Notes: generated by a model from the letters alone, not told the origin. A stretch of 64,000 nt of DNA from a virus (IMGVR_UViG_2519899649_000001:24117-88116), one strand, 5' to 3'; shown: positions 48,746 through 58,941, counted from the first letter of the stretch. A program made the numbers and translations.

Positions 48746-48768
48746 GAGGGTTCCTTTCGTGGATCAGG

Positions 48769-49794
48769 TCAGGCGGCCAGGTCGTGATCGGACTGCTGTC
48801 GGTTCTCCATACGCTCCAGCACCGCCTGGACCTGGGCCGTGGTCGGCTCGTTCTCGTCGGCGACCGGTTCGCGGTAGCGCTCCACCGCCGCGTCGGTCAC
48901 GCGGATCGGCATGAACAGCGCCTTGAACTCCGTCCCGACGTGCGCAATGACCGGCTTGACGTTGCTGGTGCCAAAGACGAACTCCGACGGCAGCACACCC
49001 GCCTTGTAACCGGCCGGAACGACCTTGGCCAGCAGCGCCAGGTACTTGGGGTTGAACGCGATACCGTCCACCGTTCCGGAGGCGAAGTTGCCCTCACCCG
49101 CCCACTCGCGGCCGAAGAACTTGTCGAACTTCAGGGCAGGCATGTCCAGACCGCGCAGGGTGAAGTTCTGCTGCCCGCCATCAGACATCGCGGTGATCTT
49201 GACGTCGGTGTGGCGGACCTCCTCCTCACTGGCGGGCACCCATCCCGTGTGGTTGGGGTCCACCGGGATGTAGGTGACCTCGCGGACCTCCTCGCGGACC
49301 TCGACCGACGTCGAGTAGAAACCCGCCAGCATCCCGCGCGTCATCTTCGGCAGCGCCTTGGTCAGGTTCTTGGCGTCGTCCAGCGAGATCATGAACTTGC
49401 CCGGCGCCACGCCGATCTTCACCGGGCCGGGCAGGTCATCCTGGCTAGGAAGCGTCGGGGTCTCCCTGGACATCACGTACCGGTCGGTCGCGTGGACCTT
49501 CAGCTCGTGCCGACCCGGAACCGGCTCAGACACCTCGAACGCCACCGAGCTGATCCCCGGAAGGGTCTCGTCGGTGGACGCGAACGGGATCGCGTTCTTC
49601 AGCACGCGCAGCAGCTCACCGCCGTGCAGGGTGAACCGGGCTCCCGTCCGTACGTAGGTGGCCGACACCTTGTAGAAGTAGGCGTCATCGTTGCTGAAGT
49701 CGCCGTGAGTACGCCGGGTCTCGCTGACGTGGTACTCGACCGGGCCGCCGTAGCTGGAAACGAAAGCGTCCATGATCTCGGTGATGTCGCGCAT
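48769..49794 (-). CDS. Beta sliding clamp (DnaN)-like protein, two-domain form
   Basis: LLRVLKNAIPFASTDETLPGISSV...VHATDRY (domain II) and IAFNPKYL...KPV...ALFMPIRV (domain III). Confidence 0.7.
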   Translation of the reverse strand: MRDITEIMDAFVSSYGGPVEYHVSETRRTHGDFSNDDAYFYKVSATYVRTGARFTLHGGELLRVLKNAIPFASTDETLPGISSVAFEVSEPVPGRHELKVHATDRYVMSRETPTLPSQDDLPGPVKIGVAPGKFMISLDDAKNLTKALPKMTRGMLAGFYSTSVEVREEVREVTYIPVDPNHTGWVPASEEEVRHTDVKITAMSDGGQQNFTLRGLDMPALKFDKFFGREWAGEGNFASGTVDGIAFNPKYLALLAKVVPAGYKAGVLPSEFVFGTSNVKPVIAHVGTEFKALFMPIRVTDAAVERYREPVADENEPTTAQVQAVLERMENRQQSDHDLAA

Positions 49795-49870
49795 GGTGAA
49801 GCTCCTCTATTGAGATGTCGCTGATCAGTGGGGGGGGGTAGTGGCAGCCCGGTGTCGCGCCGGACGCCGG

Positions 49871-52800
49871 TCAGGCCGCGTACTGGTGGGCGGTCACGTC
49901 CTGACCGTCCTCGACGACCTGGACGTGGTATCCGTACTCAGACATCACGCCGACCGGCGGCTCACCGAAACGGTCGGTGGCGTCGGCGACGGCCTGCCCC
50001 AGGTATTCCTCGGCCAGTTCCCGGGCCGCGGTGAATGCGTCGCCCTCGGATGCTCGCCAGCTCGGTTCGTCGGACTCAGCCGAGTCGAACGGATGAGGCC
50101 ACACCAGGTAGCCATGCCGGCCCGACTCATGCCCGCCCGTGGTGACCTCCGCGCCGCCGACGTAGTCGCCGGTCTCGCACCAGACCCGGTACTCACGCAA
50201 CGTCTGCACGCTCATGCCGCCGCCCGGTTGTTGTCGATCAGGGTGCGGGTCATGTCTTGGGCGTACTCGCGCAGGAACTCGCGTGGCAGGGCGTCCAACG
50301 TGTCGTAGACCCCGGTCAGGTCCGCGTCGTCCACGCAGCCGCCGATCGTTTCCCAGTCCACGGTGTGGGGGCAGTCCGGACCGTGCTCGTGCTCGCAGGG
50401 AATGTAGGCCCACAGGATGTAGGGCTCCCACTCACCGGAGTTGATCTTCTTCGTCTCCAGCTCCTTGATCCCGTCGTCGCCCCACGGCTGGTAGTCCTCG
50501 TCGAGAGTCACCGCGTACCGGACCGTCATCACGCTGCCTCACACATGTCGTAGGCGAATTCGGACAGGGTGTCTTCGTGGGCGTTACCGAACGCTCGCTC
50601 GTGGTCGGACCGGGACTCACCAGCGGTCAGCCATCCCGCGACGATCGCCGCCGCCTGGGCGTGCGTGATCGGCATCCCGGTCTCCAGGTCCTGGCCGCGC
50701 ATGACCTCACCTGCCCCGTGGGCGTGGGTGTTGGTGACGATGTAGCGCCACGTGCCGTCGTACGCCTCGCCCGGTGTGCCACCGCCGAGCTTCTCGATCT
50801 CGATTCGGATTCCGTCGCCCGGCTCGAAGACGGCTTCGGCCTCGAAGTCGCGCAGGTCGGTGTAGCTCATCAACCCCCCGATCAGAAGAGGTAGCCGCAG
50901 TCGCCACAGACGCCGCAGTCCATCCAGATACCGCCGTCGTCGAGCCACAGCACGACGCCGTCCACGTCACGGGCACCGCAGTTGCCGCACCTCTTGCTGT
51001 GGTTGTCGATCCGTCTGCTCACATCGCCCCCAGAAACGCGAAAGCCGCACCCCCGATCCCATCTGTTGGAGCGTGCGGCGTCGGACTTGTAGTTGCTCGA
51101 CTGCTAGGCGGCGAGCATCAGATCGATGATCTTCTGGTTGCGGTCACTCGTGAACGCGGCGGTCTTGAGCTTGGCTTGGATGGCCTCCAGCTCGCGGATC
51201 ACCTGTGCCGTGTGAGCGCTGGTCTCGAATGCTCGGTAGGTGCTCAGCTCGTAGTCCAGAGCGATCTCAAGCCGGACCAGTTCGAGCGTGCTCAGCTGCA
51301 CCAAGTACATGTGTTTCTCCGTTCGGTAGGTCAGTAGCAGCCCTGCCTTGCGCCGGACGCCGGGCCGCAGCTCACCCGGTGATGTTGTCGATCTCGCCAG
51401 CTACATCGGACATCAGATCCGCGCACGAGAAGTCGGGGGAACTCAGCGGCGTCACGTCCAGGTCCGCGCCGATCTCCTGACCGTCCACCGTTCCGCTGAT
51501 GTGCGCGTTCCAGATCTCGCCGTCCCACGTGACTTCGATCTTGATGTCGGCGTTCACAGGTCGTACCCCTCCTCACGCGCCAGTTCGGCGATCAGCACGC
51601 CGGCCACGTCGTAGATGGTCCCGACCGCCGCATCATGCGGAGTCTCCGCGCATCCGGCCAGATCGGAGTCGTACTCGTATAGACACAGGTCGGTCCACAC
51701 CTCCCAGATCCGATGCGTGCCGATCGGAACCAGCCCGTCGGCCAGCTCCGAGACCCGGTCCTGCGGGTAGGCGTCGTCCACGATCGCGTCCCGGTTGTCG
51801 GTCCACGTGCCGTACACGTGGTCCAGCCAGTCGGCGCCGGGGGAGTCGGGGGAGTCGGGCGCGGTGATACCGACCATGCGCGCCAGCTCCCAGGCGGCCG
51901 GGCGCTCGATGACGTTGGTTGGACGGTCGAGAAGCACAGTCATGTGAAGTCCCTTCAGATACCAGCCACGCCCAGGCGGCGGGCGTAGGCGATCAGTTCG
52001 GTGAAGTGTGCGCGTTCGTCGTCGGTCAGATCCCGACGACCCCGAAGCGCCTCGATCTCGTAGAACACGCGCGTGCATTCGGACTGCCACGCGTCGCGTT
52101 CATGCCGGGCCGCGTCATCTCTGGCCTGCCGCCCGGACAACCGGGAGATCAGGCCACGGATCATGCGTCCAACCAGACCAGCCGCCCACGTGCCAACTGG
52201 GTCCGGGTCGGCGTACATCGCGATGTTCTCCATGCGCCGCTGTTCCTCGCGGCGCTGGTGTTCGGCCTGCATCTGACGTTGCGTGTCGATGTAGCGCCAC
52301 ATCTCGGCCTGCTGCTGCATGTCCTGTAGCTGCCGGACGGTCGGATCGGTGGTGTTCGGGTCGTACATCAGACATCCCATTCCTTAGGCACCTCGACCCC
52401 CTCGGGGATAGGGAGCGGGCCACAGCCGCGCAGTACGTAGACGACGTCCTCGGCGTGACGCTTGGCTTGTTGGCGGGTGCGGAAGGGTCCGGCCTGCGTC
52501 GTTTCGCCGGGCACTTGGACCGCGTACCCAATGCCGGTCTCGACCGTGTGCACCCGGCCGATCGGTGTCTGCCAGGAATCGACGGTGTTGAAGATCATGT
52601 ATTTGCCCCCAGATACAGCAGTGGCCGCCCGCGTTCGCGCCGGACGGCCTTCTCATCGCAAGTCAGATTCAGAACGGAGGCGGGCACGGCATCCCGCTGG
52701 TCTTCTCCACCAGTCGCAGCCACTCGCCCAGGTCAAAGTCAGGCCGACGCTCCTTGATCTTCCTGTAGGCGTTGACGATCAGACTCGCGGCCTCGGTCAA

Positions 52801-54728
52801 GGGCATCGACGGCACCGCACGCCCGATGATCTCCGCCCAGTCACGCACGTCGAACAGCGTCACGCTCGCTCCCTCCTGTAGTTCTCCACGCGGACCCGCG
52901 CGGCCTCCACCGTCTTGTCGTTGCGCATCGCCAGCGACATCACCAAGCGGAACCGGTCGGTCTCCCGCTCGTAGACCAGGACCTGACCACGCCGCGCGCC
53001 TGGCTTCTCATCCCAGTTCGCCCGGAACTCACGGTCACCCTCGAACCAGACCCAGACCCACGTCTGGTCCGGGTTGTCGATCTCTAGCATCTGATTCACG
53101 CGTCAGCCCCTGATCGGATCGATACGCAGAGCCATACCGGTCCGCGCGTACTCGTTCTTGTGGTGCTCGCAGTAGATCCGCGCGCCGAACGCGAACTCAC
53201 GGCTGTACACCTCGAACTGCGCACGGTCGTCGCAGTACTCGAACAGGTTTGCTTCGCAGCCCATCAGTTCTCTCCGATCTTGCGGATCTTGAGTCCGTTC
53301 TGGTCGATCTCCGCGCGGAAGTCCTCTGCCGACTCTGCTTCGATCGGAAGGTTCTCGATCAGGTCGGCCGCGAATGGGATGATTTTGTTGATCTCCGCCA
53401 GCATCAGCTGTTCGATCTCGCCGCCGCCTTCCAGTTCCTGCGTGGCGTATGTCAACACCTCGTTCAGTTGGGTCCACACGATGTGACCGGTGACAGCCAT
53501 ACGTCCCTGTACGTCCATGATCAGTTCCCCCTGTAGTACGCCGAGTGACGATCCCACTCGGCTCGCAGCTCACGCCCGGTCGGACAGATGCGCGTCGTCG
53601 GCTGCCACGACGCGTCAGCCTCATTCCAGTAGTCGGCCTCGGGCGCTCCGCACGTGTCGCACTCGGCGTCGTGGTCGTAATAGCGGTAGAACGCGTTCAG
53701 GTGTTCTTGTGAGCGGAACCCCTGGCGTCTTCGCGCCTTGGTGAGCGTTCTGGACATGGTGATCCCCCTAGGTAGTGCCCGCCCGGCCTCGCGCCGGACT
53801 TGATCAGTCGTTGGCGAACCGGTCCAGCACGTTCCCGCGCGGACCGATCAGCGTCCACGTGAAGCCGGACATCTTGGCGTTGTCTTCCCACTGCTCACGC
53901 AGCCGCTCGAAGTAGTCGCGCGCCGACGTCTCATCGACGTAGCGCAGCCGGTTACGCCAGCCGCCGCCGTTGCGCTCGATGATGATCTTCCACTCGTTGG
54001 TGATCATTGGTCGTCCCCGTTCGCCCACTGGATCTGTACTTCGTATCCACCCACTTCCAGCGCCGTACGCAGCGCACGGGCGGCGGGCAGATCCATGACC
54101 TGCGAGGTCCACGGACGATCATCGATCTTGCAGTGGACGCGCACCTTGCCCGAGTTGATCGACTCCACCCGGACACGGGCGGCGGGCACGTTCGGCTTGC
54201 GTGTGTAGGTGTCGTACCGAGTCATGTCATCCCCCTCAGTCGCCGGCAACAGGGCAGTCTTCACCTGTCGCCGGGCCGCGTTCGTTTTGATCTAGCTCAG
54301 TCGTCGTGACTGGCGATCATCTGTGCCATCGGGTAGGCGAGCTTGCGCACCTCACCCGGTTCAAGGTCCTCGTTGACGATCTCGGCGTAGTCCACCTGTC
54401 GGAAGTCCGCGCCCTGGTCGAGCTGCGCGTGGTTGCGGTGAATCCAGCGGGGAGCGCCACCGTTGCGCACCCGCTCTTGCGCCGCCGCCGCCCGCCGAGC
54501 CTTCCGCCGATCCTTGGCGTTCATGCGAGCGCCGATCATGTCGACTTCAGCCGCGACGTGACCCGCGCCCTTTGGCCGGTCACTGGTGACGTAGCCCTTG
54601 CCCGACCGCGCACCCTTGACCCGGTGCCGCGTGTCGTTGCCGCTCCCGCTGGTGCGGAGTCGTTCACCCTGCCGGATGCCCATGGTGCGAGCCGTTGCCC
54701 ACGGAGCATCGTTCTTACGTTCCTTCAC
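49871..54728 (-). other. Run of about 17 coupled short hypothetical ORFs (49871-50215, 50212-50532, 50529-50870, 50882-51022, 51104-51310, 51372-51557, 51554-51943, 51955-52368, 52368-52598, 52669-52863, 52860-53099, 53103-53264, 53264-53518, 53521-53757, 53804-54007, 54004-54225, 54297-54728)
   Basis: Translational coupling and G-rich RBSs; first genes downstream of the 55.4-55.75 kb repeat array. Confidence 0.6.
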
Positions 54729-54729
54729 T

Positions 54730-55440
54730 GCGATCCCCCTTGATCAAGCGACCCGCACGGCCATCGTGCGGATTGTTCAACCGAGGGAGAGAGAACCCGC
54801 CCGCCGCTTTCGCGACGGGCGGGGAAGCCTCCTCTTTCTCAAAGATCAGCGCCCCTCACATTCCGTGTCGGAACCTCCCCGACGCTGATCACCGGAACTC
54901 CACACACGGCTACGCGCGCTTCTCTGTTCCAGTTCAGTGGCTCTTGTGGTTATCACGCGCGGTCGCCCGCTCTAAGGCCATAGCTATGGCCACGTTTCAG
55001 TCCCTAACATTCGCTGCCCGCGTGGATTTCTCCACAGCACACGTTCCATCCCGCACCGGTACTCCGGCTCGCGTCACCCCCGACCTGATGCCACACCCGC
55101 TACCGGCGCGATTTTTAACCGCCGCGCTTTCGCCATGCACGTTCAAGATCAGGGGACAGCAGACACACTCCTCCTGGGAGCGGTATGGACAAGCATTGAT
55201 CTCACAAGCAACCGAGGGTCCGAGAACCGAGGGTTGCAGGGTCTTGATCTAGACTCCGTGCCCATAACTGCGCTTTGCGGATGCATCACTTCACACTCAC
55301 CCTGCGTTCCGCGCTTTATCAGCGCGGGTCGCCTCACTGGCGACATTCTGTTGTCAAGAAGCGAGCGCCCATCCCGCTGCCCGTGCGACGAGTCGCCCGT
55401 GCGTTGGGAGGCTTTAAGCCTCTATGCAATTCCTGCGTTC
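54730..55440 (-). ncRNA. Candidate long structured leader / ncRNA
   Basis: No credible ORF; at least 6 perfect hairpins; GCGAAAGC GNRA loops read on the minus strand. Confidence 0.35.
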
Positions 55441-55444
55441 CGCC

Positions 55445-55750
55445 GGTCTTGCAGTTCCACCTTACCAAGTGGTTCGGAGTGCTCCGTCCCGCCCGTCTGG
55501 CCGAATTGCTCGACTCGCGTTCCCGCTGGTCTTGCAGTTCCACCTTACCATCCTGTCCGGAGTGCTCCGTCCCGTGTGGCTTGGGGATGCTTGACTCCGT
55601 GAGGCTTGCGCCCCTCGGTGTCTTGCAGTTCCACCTTACCACACCTTCCGGTGTGCTCCGTCCCCGTGGTCCGGTGCCCCATCCTTCCCGCCGCTTTCGC
55701 GCCGTTCCGTTTGGTGCAGTTCCACCTTACCGCACGTTTCGGCGTGCTCG
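55445..55750 (-). repeat. Four-copy bipartite repeat (probable tandem promoters/operators)
   Basis: Plus strand TGCAGTTCCACCTTACC-N8-CGGNGTGCTC at 55450, 55533, 55624, 55715 (periods 83, 91, 91). The minus strand contains GGTAAGGT, read as extended -10 TGGTAAGGT in three of four copies. Confidence 0.85.
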
Positions 55751-56830
55751 CACCACATGCGCCAACCCATTCCCACCGCCGTCCTCACGGGGCGGAATGC
55801 GCCCGTCCGTGCGCTACCACACGCGGCGCAATGCTCGGTACGCCAAAACGCCCCAAAACTCCCACGCCCCGCAATCGCCCACGCCATAAGGCATCGCGCG
55901 CCCTCCGTGCGTTTTTGATGTTGCGCGTAACAGCCAAACACCCTCACCCGCGATAGGCGACACCCCGAAGGGGGTCTAGGCGCTCAGTGGCCATTTCAGC
56001 GCGTTCTAGCAGGGGTGCCGAAAACGGCGGGCTCGGCATGATCACGTCCCCGCGCGTCCCGTTTTCGTCTGATGCAAGCGCGCCCTTACGCCCGCGCGCC
56101 CCCGTAGCAAGTGCTCACTTGCCGGCGAGTGTGGCCGCGACCACTGATCATCGCGTGCCCCGGCGACCGCGCGCCCGCGCTGCGTGTGGCGCGGCTCACA
56201 GGCCGGGGAGGCTGCCCACGCGCGCCCGCCCGACCATGATCACGAAAAAGGGCCGCGTTTTTTCGGAGCGTCACCACACCACTACACATAGCTACGTGAC
56301 CCACGCCACGTGCGGAGCATCCCCGCGCCACGTGTAGCGTGCATCACAGCACGTCCGCGCGTGCCCGCCGCCCCCGTGGTCACGATGCGTCGCGTGTGCT
56401 CACACTGCGTGGTGTGACTGTGCGTAGCAACTCCTCACGCTGCGTCACTTGACCTAGTCTTGGCCTTTGTGACGTCGCGTAGCTGCGTGAGCACTCTCTG
56501 CACAGTGACCGCGATCACGCGAGCGAACGCTTGGTCTTCCATAAGGGACATTATGGTAAAAGCAGATACTTTCTGCATTCCGCAATGTCCGAGATCATCC
56601 GTGAATGGCGGAATTGTAATTCACATGATCAGCTCGGATTTGCCGGCGGAAAATGGCACAAGATCAGCTAAAGAATGGCTGAATTAACCACTACCCACCG
56701 TTAAGTCGCATTTACGAAGAGTAATTGGACCAGATCACTCACGAGCCGGGGGTCTGCTGGCCTGCGGGACAGTGTCGCCCCAGCCACCCGGGCCGCCGGT
56801 CAGACTGTGCAGTTGTTGTAATTCGGCACT

Positions 56831-56893
56831 CTATGCAAGACCTGCACTCCCTGCACAATCATCACTCTCTGCAATCTATGCAATACATGCAGT
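56831..56893. repeat. 9-bp period TGCA tandem array (7 units)
   Basis: TGCA at 56834, 56843, 56852, (56861 degenerate), 56870, 56879, 56888. Confidence 0.65.
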
Positions 56894-56916
56894 ATGGGCC
56901 TGATGCGGGGGCGTGG

Positions 56917-57261
56917 TCAGTTCACGTCGCGCTTGCCGTTGCCGTAGTCGACGATCACCCTCTTGTAGGTGTTCTTGCTCGCCTTCACCACCTGGTCCAG
57001 GCCGCCCGCGCACTGCACGAACGTCGCCGCCTTCCCCGGCTCGGTGAGCGCGGGGGAGTCGAGCTTGCCGAAGTAGGTGATGGCGTCCCCGTCGACCTCG
57101 GCGCGCGTGAGTTCCATGACCGTGCAGCCGTTGTTCTTCAAGACCTTGTTCGCCGTACCCAGCGCCCGTTCCAGCGCCTCCTCCTGCGAACTGCCGCCGC
57201 CGCAGGCCGCTGCCAGGGCCGCGGAGGCGGCAATGACGATCCCGATTCTGATGTTCCCCAT
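56917..57261 (-). CDS. Lipoprotein
   Basis: MGNIRIGIVIAASAALAAAC lipobox. Confidence 0.7.
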   Translation of the reverse strand: MGNIRIGIVIAASAALAAACGGGSSQEEALERALGTANKVLKNNGCTVMELTRAEVDGDAITYFGKLDSPALTEPGKAATFVQCAGGLDQVVKASKNTYKRVIVDYGNGKRDVN

Positions 57262-57339
57262 GATTCCCCCCCGACCCGTGTGTACCCAGGTCAGCGAGGT
57301 TTCTTACGCGTCTCGGGACCGACCGTTAACCTGATCTGC

Positions 57340-57636
57340 GTGATCACCGTGTATGCCGTAGCCCCCGCCGACGACCCTGCGTATCAGGGGAAGGCTCCGG
57401 GCACTCAGATCCTGCTGGGTAAGCGGGACTGCGCGACGGTCGAGCTGGCCCGACAGGCGGTGGAGGAGCTGCGCGAGCAGTATCCGGGCCTGGAGATCGC
57501 CGGGGACATCGGTCCGGCCGGGATGCGGGTCCCACTCAACATCGACCGCCTCTTCCAGGAGCACCCGGGCGGCGTCCAGGACACGAACGGCAACTGGGGA
57601 GATCAGGGCTGGACCTGGTACGCGGGCAAGAACTAG
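57340..57636 (+). CDS. Hypothetical protein (probably leaderless)
   Basis: TAACCT -10 lies 7 nt upstream of the GTG. Confidence 0.55.
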   Translation: MITVYAVAPADDPAYQGKAPGTQILLGKRDCATVELARQAVEELREQYPGLEIAGDIGPAGMRVPLNIDRLFQEHPGGVQDTNGNWGDQGWTWYAGKN

Positions 57637-57758
57637 ACGCGTGTCCAGAAGTTCTGGGACCTGTCAGGCGTTGCCGGTATCGCGGGCCGCCCCTGCATGG
57701 CAACTGCTGGCCTGCTCCGTGACTCGACGGATGCCTAGCTGGTGCCCTAGCCGTAGTC

Positions 57759-58241
57759 TTGGCCGCTGTGAACGAGCTAGAGGCGGTAACGGTCAACTGG
57801 CGGTGGAGTCCGATCGGTGACGACCCGTGGGAGAGCCTTCTTGGCCTGGATCGGGCGGGGAAGCTCGTTTTTCCTTCAGTTCGGAGCAAGCAACCGGGTG
57901 TGTACCGCCTCCTGTTTCTGAACCACTCCAGGTATGACGCATACATCGGGGAGTCCGCTGACCTGCGGCGACGGTTCCAGGGTTACCGGACGCCGCACGC
58001 TTCGCAGAGCACGAACATCAAGGTCAACAAGGCGCTGGTGGAGCACCTGATCGTCGGCGGTGCAGTCGAGGTGGAGATCGCTGTGGGCTGCCATGCCGCC
58101 CTGTCTTTCGCTGGAAGAGATCATCTCCCGCTACCGCTGGATAAAAAGGCCAACCGGGTCCTGTTCGAGCGCGCGGCGGAAGCCAGCGCCGCCTCGGCGC
58201 ATCACCGCCTGCTGAACTGGTCCGAGCCGTTCGACCTGTGA
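57759..58241 (+). CDS. GIY-YIG nuclease-like protein
   Basis: PGVYRL...AYIGESADLRRRF..Y. Confidence 0.75.
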   Translation: MAAVNELEAVTVNWRWSPIGDDPWESLLGLDRAGKLVFPSVRSKQPGVYRLLFLNHSRYDAYIGESADLRRRFQGYRTPHASQSTNIKVNKALVEHLIVGGAVEVEIAVGCHAALSFAGRDHLPLPLDKKANRVLFERAAEASAASAHHRLLNWSEPFDL

Positions 58242-58270
58242 GCTAGAGGCCCGCGCTGCAACACCGGTGA

Positions 58271-58558
58271 TCAGGACAGCCCGGCCGAGCCGGGGTGGGG
58301 TTCGCCCCAGATGAGCCGGTAGACCGCCGAGACCGTGGTGGCCAGGTCGGTGACGTTCTCGTTCTCGGGCAGGACGCGGCGCAGCTCGTCGACCAAGCCG
58401 TGGGCGGCGTCGCGTTCGCGGTGAAGCAGGCTCACCTCGGACTCGATCAGGTCGAGGAACGCGTCGACCTCGGTCTCGTCGTAGCCGGGCCGCAGGCGGG
58501 TCGTGCTGAACTGTTTCCCCCGGACGTCCTCGGGGGTCAGCCGGTAGTCGTCGCTCAT
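58271..58558 (-). CDS. DivIVA-domain protein
   Basis: LTPEDVRGKQFSTTRLRPGYDETEVDAFLD followed by coiled coil. Confidence 0.85.
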   Translation of the reverse strand: MSDDYRLTPEDVRGKQFSTTRLRPGYDETEVDAFLDLIESEVSLLHRERDAAHGLVDELRRVLPENENVTDLATTVSAVYRLIWGEPHPGSAGLS

Positions 58559-58635
58559 GGAGGCGTTGTAACACGCCCGTTGGTTTGGCGCGCGGAGTTC
58601 CAGCTAGGTCCGCCCACGGGCGCTAGCGTGGATGG

Positions 58636-58941
58636 ATGGACGAGGTTCCCATCCCCGCGGATGTGCGTGAGCGACTGTTGCCGACAGGCGCCCGAGCCCG
58701 GCGGGTGAACGCCGAGCTGATCGAAGTGGTCGACGAGGCTGGCGACGTCCTGGGCCAGGTGCGCGGGCAGGGCCCGTTCCTCCCGGTGTTCAACCATCCC
58801 GAGCACGGGCTGCCCACCGAGACTTGGGGCTTTGGAAGCATGGGCCTCATTGACACTGAGGATGCGGCGCTGCGCCTGGTCGGGTACGGCCACTTCACCC
58901 ATCAGGTGGTGAAGCGGTCCCGCTCGGAAGGCGCGAGCTGA
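58636..58941 (+). CDS. Hypothetical protein (probably leaderless)
   Basis: TAGCGT lies 6 nt upstream of the ATG. Confidence 0.55.
   Translation: MDEVPIPADVRERLLPTGARARRVNAELIEVVDEAGDVLGQVRGQGPFLPVFNHPEHGLPTETWGFGSMGLIDTEDAALRLVGYGHFTHQVVKRSRSEGAS

Noticed and set aside
55445-55750. Four-copy array as a CRISPR or TIGR array
   Set aside because: The repeat has a variable 8-nt core, linkers share homology with each other, and there is no CRISPR-type terminal handle, box C/D motif, or adjacent cas/Nop-domain gene.
56316-56335. CATCCCCGCGCCACG as a solitary I-E repeat
   Set aside because: Only the 5' half of the hairpin is present; GCGGGG is missing.
55135-56337. ORF-track predictions in the divergent region (55135, 55275, 55606, 55987 etc.)
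   Set aside because: No codon bias or RBS; the repeated LQFHLT peptide is only the DNA repeat read in frame.
13501-56431. TAGCAAC as a genome-wide promoter motif (13503, 13663, 28486, 56425)
   Set aside because: Few copies in inconsistent contexts; the 28486 copy is a hairpin loop.
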